Assembly: GCA_009392295.1 (NCBI GenBank)
Contig: VFGW01000008.1
Span: 138,842-202,841 of the forward strand
Source: SAR202 cluster bacterium
GTDB lineage: Bacteria; Chloroflexota; Dehalococcoidia; Lucifugimonadales; GCA-2719675
Length of the DNA stretch: 64,000 nt
Direction of reading: 5' to 3'
Position 1 is the first letter of the stretch. Each line of letters begins with the position of its first letter. Under the pieces are notes generated by a model, which ran no database searches, was not told the origin of the DNA, and saw only the letters and a list, made by a program, of their open reading frames with translations. The translations under genes were made by a program, and so were the position numbers. Shown piece by piece: positions 56,503 to 64,000 of the stretch.

Positions 56503-58155
56503 TTATTTAGAGATATTTATTTCCAAAGCTATATTTGGTCTTTGGAATGTTTCTTTATAGATTAAATTTTTTGAGCTTGATTGTAGTTTGATATTCAACT
56601 GATCTAAATCTATTTCATTTGACACATATTTTTCTAGGTAAGACTGGGCATTTGATTTTAACATTTCAGAGATTTTATTTTTTTCACATAAATTTGGAAC
56701 TCCTATGGAGGAAATTATTGGTTGGGTGACTATTGCCCTAGGTTTTTCCTTAACTGTAGCTGACAAAATTACGATTCCATTTTTGGATAAATTGATTCTT
56801 TCATTCATGATGTTACCAGGATCTTGCCAAGTGTAATTGCCTTTAACAAAAATTTCATTTTGGGATAAAGAATCTATTACATCAGCTTGGAATTTATGTA
56901 TTTGTAATATATCCCCGTTATTAAGCAAGAATATATTTGATGGATCAACGCCTGCTGCATTAGCTAGTTTGCCATGTGAGTATAGGTGTCTAAATTCGCC
57001 GTGAATTGGCATGAAAAATTTTGGTTTTAATAGGTTAAGCATTAATTTTAATTCTTCTTGGCTAGCATGACCGTGGACGTGTACAAAAGAAGTTTTGCTA
57101 TGGTGAACTTCAGCACCTAGTTTAAATAAATTGTCAATTGTTTTGGAAACTAACATTTCATTTCCCGGAATTGGCGAAGCTGAAATTATTACAGTATCTT
57201 CTTTTTCAATTTTTATATCTTTGTGTTGATGTAAAGACATTTTGACTAATGCAGAAGTAGGTTCTCCTTGTGAACCTGTTGCTAAAATTAAAGTTTGATT
57301 TTTAGAAATTTCATTAGTTTTCTTTATTGGAATTATTGCGTTTTTTGGCGTCTTAAGATATTTTGTGTTCGTAGCCATAGTAATGTTTTTCAGCATGCTT
57401 TTTCCAGTGATTGCTATTTGCCTATAGTTTTTGATTGCTGAATCAATTATTTGTTGAATTCTAGAGATTTGTGATGCAAATGTTGCCACTATGATTCTAG
57501 ATTTTGCATTAGTTATAATTTTGTCTAAAGTTTGTCCTACTACTTTTTCAGAAGGAGTGTAACCTGAAATCTCTGCGTATGTAGAGTCTGAGCAGAGTAA
57601 TAAAACACCTTCTGATGCATATTCTGATAATGCTTGAAAATCTATAATTTTGTTGTCTACTGGTGTATGATCTATTTTGAAATCACCAGTGTGTATGATA
57701 AGCCCTTCTTTTGTACGGATTGCAATTCCCATTGCATCAGGAATTGAATGGCAAACTCTAAAGAATTCTATAGAGAATTTCCCTATTCCAACTTTTTCTC
57801 TAGGTTGGAGTACATTTATTTCATATTCTGGAAATGATTTTGCATCCTTGAGTTTTATATTTATAAGATCACTTGTTAGCTTTGATGCATATATAGGAAC
57901 ATTGATTTTAGGGATTATATAAGGAAGTGCACCTATATGGTCTTCATGGCCATGAGTGATAAATATTGCTTTGACTTTTTCTTTATTTTTAATTAAATAA
58001 GATATATCAGGGAGAATAAAATCAATCCCTGGTTGGTGTTGATTAGGAAATTTCAAACCAGCATCTATTACTATAATTTCATTGCCATGTTTAATAGCTA
58101 ATATATTTTTCCCGATTTCGTCTAATCCACCTAGAGGAATTATTTGTACTGACAT
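56503..58155 (-). CDS. rnj: Ribonuclease J.
   Basis: It has a metallo-beta-lactamase/beta-CASP fold (ITHGHEDHIGALP, HTGDFK, HGHA). Confidence 0.9.
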   Translation of the reverse strand: MSVQIIPLGGLDEIGKNILAIKHGNEIIVIDAGLKFPNQHQPGIDFILPDISYLIKNKEKVKAIFITHGHEDHIGALPYIIPKINVPIYASKLTSDLINIKLKDAKSFPEYEINVLQPREKVGIGKFSIEFFRVCHSIPDAMGIAIRTKEGLIIHTGDFKIDHTPVDNKIIDFQALSEYASEGVLLLCSDSTYAEISGYTPSEKVVGQTLDKIITNAKSRIIVATFASQISRIQQIIDSAIKNYRQIAITGKSMLKNITMATNTKYLKTPKNAIIPIKKTNEISKNQTLILATGSQGEPTSALVKMSLHQHKDIKIEKEDTVIISASPIPGNEMLVSKTIDNLFKLGAEVHHSKTSFVHVHGHASQEELKLMLNLLKPKFFMPIHGEFRHLYSHGKLANAAGVDPSNIFLLNNGDILQIHKFQADVIDSLSQNEIFVKGNYTWQDPGNIMNERINLSKNGIVILSATVKEKPRAIVTQPIISSIGVPNLCEKNKISEMLKSNAQSYLEKYVSNEIDLDQLNIKLQSSSKNLIYKETFQRPNIALEINISK

Positions 58156-58156
58156 A

Positions 58157-58765
58157 TTATAAAAAGCTCAATTGTTCATTTTCCTTATACTTATTTTGTA
58201 TAGTATTTGGATTTACTTTAATTTTCTGAAGAGATTTTGGGATTCCTAAAAAATCTTGTTCAAGTTTCATTTTCATGTTTGAATTTCTTAGTGCAGCAGC
58301 TGGATGATAAACAGGATAAATGAAAATATTTTTCCATTTAAAAAGTTTGCCTCTGTCACGACCAATTAATTTTTCAGGGAAGAATTTTGATAATGAAAAT
58401 CTTCCTAAAGTCACTATCATTTTTGGTTGTAAAAGATTTATTTGTTCATTTAAAAAATTCGAGCAATTAGATATTTCTATATCTAATGGATCTCTATTGC
58501 TGGGAGGGCGACATTTCATTAAATTTGTGATAAAAACCTGATTTCTTTCAAGATTAATTGATGATAAAAGTTGGTCAAGAATTTTCCCTGCAGCTCCTAT
58601 AAATGGTTTTCCTTGAAGGTCTTCGTTTTTGCCAGGAGCTTCTCCAATCAACATTATATCAGGGGTACTGTTGCCTTCTCCGGGGACAGTTTTATTTCTG
58701 AATTGATGTATTTGACAAGCAGTACAATTATTAATTTTTTTTTCAATATTCTTTAATTTGAACAT
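58157..58765 (-). CDS. Uracil-DNA glycosylase, family 4.
   Basis: GEGNSTPDIMLIGEAPG and cysteines typical of family 4 are present. Confidence 0.85.
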   Translation of the reverse strand: MFKLKNIEKKINNCTACQIHQFRNKTVPGEGNSTPDIMLIGEAPGKNEDLQGKPFIGAAGKILDQLLSSINLERNQVFITNLMKCRPPSNRDPLDIEISNCSNFLNEQINLLQPKMIVTLGRFSLSKFFPEKLIGRDRGKLFKWKNIFIYPVYHPAAALRNSNMKMKLEQDFLGIPKSLQKIKVNPNTIQNKYKENEQLSFL

Positions 58766-58836
58766 ATAAATTCAGGACAAAAAACATCAAATTAGAATAA
58801 TGGAATGTTTTTTAGAAAAATTGGTTATTTATTATT

Positions 58837-59094
58837 CTACTCTGTTACACCATTGGATTTGAGGTAGTCTATTGCTTCTTGAACAGTTGTAATACCTTCA
58901 GCATCTTCATCTGAAATTTCTATTGTCGTCGAATCGTCAGAAAATTCTTCTTCGAAAGCCATAATTAATTCAACTAAATCAAGTGAGTCTGCGTTGAGAT
59001 CTTCTGTAAAGGAAGCTGTTGGTACAACTTCTGCTTCATCAACACTTAATTTTTCAGCTACAATCGTTTTTACTTTATCTAATAAATTTGACAT
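58837..59094 (-). CDS. acpP: Acyl carrier protein.
   Basis: It has the [19 protein letters not shown] phosphopantetheine serine motif. Confidence 0.9.
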   Translation of the reverse strand: MSNLLDKVKTIVAEKLSVDEAEVVPTASFTEDLNADSLDLVELIMAFEEEFSDDSTTIEISDEDAEGITTVQEAIDYLKSNGVTE

Positions 59095-59107
59095 TAAAAG
59101 TTGCCTC

Positions 59108-59551
59108 CTAAAATTTATTTTTTCCAGAAATTTCTTTTAAAATTGTTCCTAAAACACCATTGATAAATTTTGGTGAGTTTTCAGTTCCGTATAATTTTGA
59201 TATTTCTACAGCTTCATTAATTGCAACTTTTTTTGGAATTTGTTCATCTAAAATAATTTCTTGTATTGCTATTCTTAGTATATTTTTATCTACGCTAGGC
59301 ATTTGAGAAACAGGCCAAGCTTTAGCATATTTAGAGATAGTATCATCTATCTGGTCTGTGTGACAAATAATATTTGTAATTAATTCAATAGCATATAATT
59401 TTGAAGGTTCCAATTCTGGAGAGACTTGTGTCAAACGGTCTATAATTGCATGTGCATCATGTTTTGTTTTATCAGTTTCATACAGAGCTTGTAAGACTAA
59501 AATTCTTGATTGTCGTCGTTTTGTTGATTTAATTGTTTTTTCTTTGATCAT
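59108..59551 (-). CDS. nusB: Transcription antitermination factor NusB.
   Basis: Motifs seen: [37 protein letters not shown] and KFINGVLG. Confidence 0.9.
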   Translation of the reverse strand: MIKEKTIKSTKRRQSRILVLQALYETDKTKHDAHAIIDRLTQVSPELEPSKLYAIELITNIICHTDQIDDTISKYAKAWPVSQMPSVDKNILRIAIQEIILDEQIPKKVAINEAVEISKLYGTENSPKFINGVLGTILKEISGKNKF

Positions 59552-59554
59552 AAT

Positions 59555-60505
59555 TTATTTGATCTTCTGTATATCGTCTACGCTTTGTATATTGATTACG
59601 TTTAGATTTTTTGACATTCTTTTTGCAATTGAACTCAAGGCAGATCCTGGGCCTATTTCGATGAAATTTGTAATTCCTTTTTCTATCATGAACTCCATGC
59701 TAGATTCCCATTGTACACATTCACACATTTGTGACTCAATCTCTTTTTTTATATCTTGTGCTTCAGTTAAGGGTTTCCCAGTAATATTGGAGATCATTGG
59801 AATTTTAGGATTTTGAAAATCTAGTGTTTTAATAAATTTTTTGAATCCAGGGATGGTAGATTTCATTAAAGGTGAGTGAAAAGCCCCGTTTACTTTTAAT
59901 GGTATTGATTTTTTTGCTTTAAGGGTTTTTGCTAAATTAATGGCACTATCTATTTCTTCGGGTTCTCCGCTAATTACTATTTGGTCCTTGCTATTAATAT
60001 TGGAAATATGGATATTGTGTTGTGTTTCTATTTTTTTAACTTCTTCTAGAGGCAGTCCTAATATAGCTGCCATAGTACCAGGGTGATTATTACAAGCTTT
60101 TTGCATAAGGCTAGCACGTTCATTAACTAAGCGGATGGATGAATCTAAATCTAAAGAATTTGTTGCAGCTATAGCTGTAAATTCTCCCAAGCTATGTCCA
60201 GCTACGAACGATGGGGCAGGCATAGAATAATTTAGAGATTCTTTCATATATATTATGGCAGCTAAACTCGCGGCCATAATGCCTGGTTGAGCATTTTCTG
60301 TCCTGTTTAATTCTTCTTCTGGCCCATAAAAAATAATATTAGACAAAGGTTTGTCCAATATTTTATCAACTTGATGGAACATCTGTTGTACATTTGAAGA
60401 TTTTTCAAAAAAGCTTAGTCCCATCCCAACTTTTTGAGACCCCTGACCAGGGAAAAGATAAGCGGTATTGGCATTTGTAGTGGGGATTGATATAGAAGTA
60501 CTCAT
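59555..60505 (-). CDS. fabD: Malonyl-CoA:ACP transacylase.
   Basis: Motifs seen: FPGQGSQKVGMG, GHSLGE and GAFHSPLM. Confidence 0.9.
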   Translation of the reverse strand: MSTSISIPTTNANTAYLFPGQGSQKVGMGLSFFEKSSNVQQMFHQVDKILDKPLSNIIFYGPEEELNRTENAQPGIMAASLAAIIYMKESLNYSMPAPSFVAGHSLGEFTAIAATNSLDLDSSIRLVNERASLMQKACNNHPGTMAAILGLPLEEVKKIETQHNIHISNINSKDQIVISGEPEEIDSAINLAKTLKAKKSIPLKVNGAFHSPLMKSTIPGFKKFIKTLDFQNPKIPMISNITGKPLTEAQDIKKEIESQMCECVQWESSMEFMIEKGITNFIEIGPGSALSSIAKRMSKNLNVINIQSVDDIQKIK

Positions 60506-60525
60506 TGAATAATCAATCGTATTAA

Positions 60526-60723
60526 TTATTGAGTAGTTTCTTCGGGATTGGTATTTAGTATGGGTTTGCCGTTATAGTATCCACAAGATTGACATACTCG
60601 ATGAGAGAGTTTTGGCTCCGGGCAGTTAGGGCATGTAGGAACGGAGAATTCAGAGATGCCATGGTGGGCGGCTCTTTTACCTTTTCTACCTTTAGAGTGT
60701 TTTTTCTTGGGGAGAGGTGGCAT
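60526..60723 (-). CDS. rpmF: 50S ribosomal protein L32.
   Basis: KKKHSKGRKGKRAAHH and the zinc-ribbon motif CPNC...CQSCG are present. Confidence 0.9.
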   Translation of the reverse strand: MPPLPKKKHSKGRKGKRAAHHGISEFSVPTCPNCPEPKLSHRVCQSCGYYNGKPILNTNPEETTQ

Positions 60724-60846
60724 GATTTTACCTTAATTTTTTGCTAGAGTTCTAATTTTATGTATATATAATTAATAAGACACAAATAGAAATTTTATGA
60801 ATGGTGGTTAATTATGTCAAGTAATTGTATCTGAATATTATAGTTG

Positions 60847-61701
60847 TTAAAGTTTTCTAAATGTTTCATTTAAACTTCCTGACCGAAATCCTTCTAGATC
60901 AATAGTAACATAAATGTATCCTAAGGAATGTAGAAAGTTTAAGATCTTTTTTTTGGTATTTTTTTTGATCAGTTGATTAATTTTATCTTCATTTACTTCT
61001 ATTCTGGCTAAATTTCCATGAGATCTCATTCTAAGAGTGCCAAGTTCTAGTGTTTTTAAAAATTTTTCAGCTTTTTCAATTCGTTTAAGTTGTTCAGGAG
61101 AAATTTTTTCTCCATAAGGAATTCTTGATGATAAACAAGCTTGTGCTGGTTTATTCCAATTTGGCAGTTTTATTTCTTTGGATATTTTTCGTATTTCTTC
61201 TTTTGACAATGATGCTTCAATTAGAGGGCTTCGAATACCTTGGGTTTTAGCGGATTTCATTCCTGGACGAAAATCATTTTTGTCATCTAAATTATGCCCA
61301 TTAATTATGTGTTTGATATTTAAGTTTGTTGCAATTGTTTTTAGGTGTGAATAAAGTTCTTCTTTGCATAAGAAACATCTATTTGGTGTATTTTCTAGAT
61401 AATTATTATTAGAAAATTCATTCGTTAAGACGATTTTGTGATTTAGTTTTAATGTTTTAGCTAATTTTTTTGCGTCACTAAGTTCGTCTCTTGGTATGCT
61501 AAAAGAATCTGCTGTCACTGCAATAGTGTTATTAGGCCCTAATGTTAAAAGTGCAGTTTTAGCTACTAAAGTACTATCTATTCCTCCTGAAAATGCCACT
61601 ACTGCAGATTCCATTTTAGAAATAATAGATTGAAGATTGAAAAATTTTGTATTTAAATTTTTATCTTTTATAGTCATTATGTTTTGTTTTGAGTGGATCA
61701 A
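60847..61701 (-). CDS. larE: PP-loop ATP pyrophosphatase, LarE-type sulfur transferase family (TIGR00268-like).
   Basis: It has the AFSGGIDST PP-loop and the ACLSSRIPYG block. The start is uncertain: TTG 61701 or ATG 61677. Confidence 0.75.
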   Translation of the reverse strand: MIHSKQNIMTIKDKNLNTKFFNLQSIISKMESAVVAFSGGIDSTLVAKTALLTLGPNNTIAVTADSFSIPRDELSDAKKLAKTLKLNHKIVLTNEFSNNNYLENTPNRCFLCKEELYSHLKTIATNLNIKHIINGHNLDDKNDFRPGMKSAKTQGIRSPLIEASLSKEEIRKISKEIKLPNWNKPAQACLSSRIPYGEKISPEQLKRIEKAEKFLKTLELGTLRMRSHGNLARIEVNEDKINQLIKKNTKKKILNFLHSLGYIYVTIDLEGFRSGSLNETFRKL

Positions 61702-61944
61702 ATTATTTTCTTTATATTTTATAATTTCAGAAAGATTTTTTTGAGAGATTTTAATAGTATAAATTTTTCTAATTCAAAACAACCTTGCTTTAAGTTTGGG
61801 GAGGCTATTTTAGTAACTCATCTAAAGCAAATTTTGGTTTAATGAAAAAATGTATTGATTCTAACTCATTTGAAAGATAGTATGATTCATGCAATTTTAT
61901 TTAATAGTTGGTTTGTATCATAGATATTATTAAGGAGCTTTAAA

Positions 61945-63036
61945 GTGGGAGATAAAAAATATAGGATAGGAATTGTTGGATTAAGTGGAATTACTACAGG
62001 TATGGATGGTGCTTTAGAAAAAAGTAATGTAATGCAAGATGGACAATCTCCGTTAAAGAAAAAATTAATTACATCACATGCTGCATGTTTAAGCTTGATG
62101 CAAAATATTGAAGTGGTAGGTTATTGTGATTTATCTCCCGAACGCTTAGATAATTTTAAAAATACTTGGGGGACTGTTTGGCCGTCAGCAACGCCTTTTT
62201 CTGACTATAAAGAAATGCTTAAGTCAGAAAACATTGACGTTTTAACTGTTGCAACTGGAGATGATAAGCATTCTCAGATTGTTATTGATGGCGCAAATTC
62301 CGGAGTTAAGGGTATTTTTTGTGAAAAGCCTTTGGCTACTACAGTTGAAGATTGTAACAAAATGTTGAAGGCATGCAAGGATAACGGAGTGTATATTAGT
62401 GTAGGTCACACTAGAAGATGGCTACCCCTATATAATAAAATTCGGGAAGTAATTAGATCTGGTTCAATCGGTAAGTTGAGAACAATTGAAGCTTATCATG
62501 GCGGGGATAGAGCTATGATGTTTAGAAATGGAACTCATATTATTGATGGAATTTGTTTTTTTGCTGAATCTGAGCCATCAAAAGTTTTAGGTGTCTTAGA
62601 AGATGGTTTTGATCATTGGGATGAATATAAGGGTGATGGAGGAAAATTACCTGAAAATGACCCTTCAGTTAGCGGGATAATTTTATTTAAAAATGGAATC
62701 CGAGGTTTTTATAATGGTATTAAAGAATCGTATCCCAGTTCGCCTAAATTGACTATTACTGGTTCATCAGGGCAAATTGAATTTTCTTTACAAGGGGGAT
62801 CTGCGTTGATGACTATAGCGAATCCAGTTACTAATGAAAGTAGTGTGCAACAAATTCATCCGGATAATTTTCAAATTGCGAATTATGTTGCTGGTTATGA
62901 AGAAATGATTAAATTGATTGAGAATGGTGGTGTAGGTATAGGTCCCGGTGAACAAGGTAAATGGGTTGTTCAAATTCTTGTTGGATTTTTAGATTCTCAC
63001 AATGAAGGATCTAAATTAGTTAAAGTGAGGCAATAG
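61945..63036 (+). CDS. Gfo/Idh/MocA-family oxidoreductase.
   Basis: YRIGIVGLSGIT and the CEKPLA motif are present. AAGGAG lies 7 nt upstream of the GTG. Confidence 0.8.
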   Translation: MGDKKYRIGIVGLSGITTGMDGALEKSNVMQDGQSPLKKKLITSHAACLSLMQNIEVVGYCDLSPERLDNFKNTWGTVWPSATPFSDYKEMLKSENIDVLTVATGDDKHSQIVIDGANSGVKGIFCEKPLATTVEDCNKMLKACKDNGVYISVGHTRRWLPLYNKIREVIRSGSIGKLRTIEAYHGGDRAMMFRNGTHIIDGICFFAESEPSKVLGVLEDGFDHWDEYKGDGGKLPENDPSVSGIILFKNGIRGFYNGIKESYPSSPKLTITGSSGQIEFSLQGGSALMTIANPVTNESSVQQIHPDNFQIANYVAGYEEMIKLIENGGVGIGPGEQGKWVVQILVGFLDSHNEGSKLVKVRQ

Positions 63037-63064
63037 ATATCAATATCGTTCGATTGTGAATTAA

Positions 63065-63817
63065 ATGGACAGAATAAAACTTATTCTTGATCAGTATAAA
63101 AATCATGAAATTGATTATGATCAAGTAATTAAAAAATTGAAGCTACCTATGTATGATGATTTGTTTTTTGCAAAAGTTGATCATGATAGATCTACCCGAA
63201 CAGGATTTTCAGAAGTGATTTTTGGTTCTGGCAAAACTTCTTTCCAGATTTGTAAAATTGCAGAATCGATTTTGCAAAAATCAAGAAGGTTACTTATTAC
63301 TAGGGTTGATATAAATATTTATAATCAAATTAAAGCAATTATTCATGATGCAAAATTTCATGAAGAGGCTAGTTGTATCACGGTTAATCGAGATCAACTT
63401 GTGTTATCACCAGGAATTACTGTTGTGAGTGCAGGTACTTCAGACATGAATGTTGTTAAGGAAATTGAAATTACATCAGAAATTATGGGGTATCAATCTG
63501 AACTAATTTTAGATGTGGGTGTTGCTGGAATTCACAGATTATTGTCACATGTTGATATATTGAATCAAGCAAAGGTAATTATAGTTGTTGCTGGGATGGA
63601 TGGTGCTTTACCATCTGTTGTTTGTGGTTTAGTTAAAAGGCCTGTAATTGCAGTGCCAACTAGTGTGGGTTATGGTGCTAATTTTGGAGGTATTAGCGCA
63701 TTACTTACTATGTTAAATAGCTGTGCTTCTGGTATAGCAGTGGTGAATATAGATAATGGTTACGGGGCTGCTGACTTGGCTTGTAGAATTATGAATGTTA
63801 GTGCTGGAGATGACTAA
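63065..63817 (+). CDS. larB: LarB-type (PurE-like) nickel-pincer cofactor biosynthesis carboxylase/hydrolase.
   Basis: An N-terminal AKVDHDRSTRTGFSEVIFGSGKT block is followed by a PurE-like domain (VVSAGTSD, VVAGMDGALPSV). Confidence 0.85.
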   Translation: MDRIKLILDQYKNHEIDYDQVIKKLKLPMYDDLFFAKVDHDRSTRTGFSEVIFGSGKTSFQICKIAESILQKSRRLLITRVDINIYNQIKAIIHDAKFHEEASCITVNRDQLVLSPGITVVSAGTSDMNVVKEIEITSEIMGYQSELILDVGVAGIHRLLSHVDILNQAKVIIVVAGMDGALPSVVCGLVKRPVIAVPTSVGYGANFGGISALLTMLNSCASGIAVVNIDNGYGAADLACRIMNVSAGDD

Positions 63818-63896
63818 TACGTTTTTTGTATCTTTAATTTGTTTGTTTACTGAGGTAATATGGTAGTTAATCGAATTAAATGAATTGGAGTTCAAA

Positions 63897-64000
63897 GTGA
63901 TAATAGATTTTCATACAAAAGTTTATCCTGATTGGCTACAAAAGGATAAGGAAAAATATTTAGAGAAAGATCAGACTTTTAAAGAGTTGTTTTCGGATCC
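63897..64000 (+). CDS. Probable amidohydrolase_2-family protein, 3' end truncated by the window.
   Basis: GGAG lies 6 nt upstream of the GTG. The translation starts VIIDFHTKVYPDW, resembling the IDFHxH N-termini at 48757-50311. Confidence 0.4.
   Translation, partial: MIIDFHTKVYPDWLQKDKEKYLEKDQTFKELFSD

Overview
This is a strongly AT-rich, tightly packed bacterial chromosomal window. I call about 68 protein-coding genes, 1 apparently frameshifted gene and 2 tRNAs. Most are core housekeeping genes: rpsU, rpsT, rpmF, lepA, hisS, rel, lexA, lipA, proBA, pyrF, ftsK, rnj, nusB, fabD, acpP, mazG, nhaA, tatC and two tatA copies. Between them sit many paralogous hydrolases and oxidoreductases: two COG1228-type amidohydrolases, four amidohydrolase_2 genes, two Gfo/Idh/MocA genes, and one each of LLM, enolase superfamily, CocE/NonD, phosphotriesterase-like, penicillin-acylase-like, HDAC-like and class III aminotransferase. 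There is one monoderm-style type IV pilus operon (pilB, pilC, pilN-like, pilO-like, pilD, three pilin-like genes) and two PD40/TolB-like beta-propeller proteins. Strong AAGGAG/GGAGG ribosome-binding sites and several GTG/TTG starts are visible. RNase J, DUF503, a secretin-less pilus and the TatA/TatC set fit a monoderm lineage, possibly a marine Chloroflexota-like organism. That placement is inference only. I saw no transposase, integrase, phage module, CRISPR array, restriction-modification system or recognised defence system. I did not find a convincing new multi-gene system. The leads below are listed in coordinate order, not ranked; their interest scores are in the findings. (1) An uncharacterised double zinc-ribbon protein lies next to a 477-bp AT-rich spacer that carries an inverted repeat. 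(2) An EF-G paralogue just downstream of rpsU has Tyr where translational GTPases carry their catalytic His. (3) The pilus operon has no PilM, PilT or secretin and contains unusual pilin paralogues. (4) An orphan Cas4-like Fe-S nuclease heads a tight operon with three metabolic-type enzymes. (5) A triplet of amidohydrolase_2 genes includes one copy that has lost its metal ligands. (6) larE and larB (nickel-pincer cofactor genes) flank a Gfo/Idh/MocA gene, with no larA or larC in view. All family calls come from motifs read by eye in the supplied translations. No database search was run.
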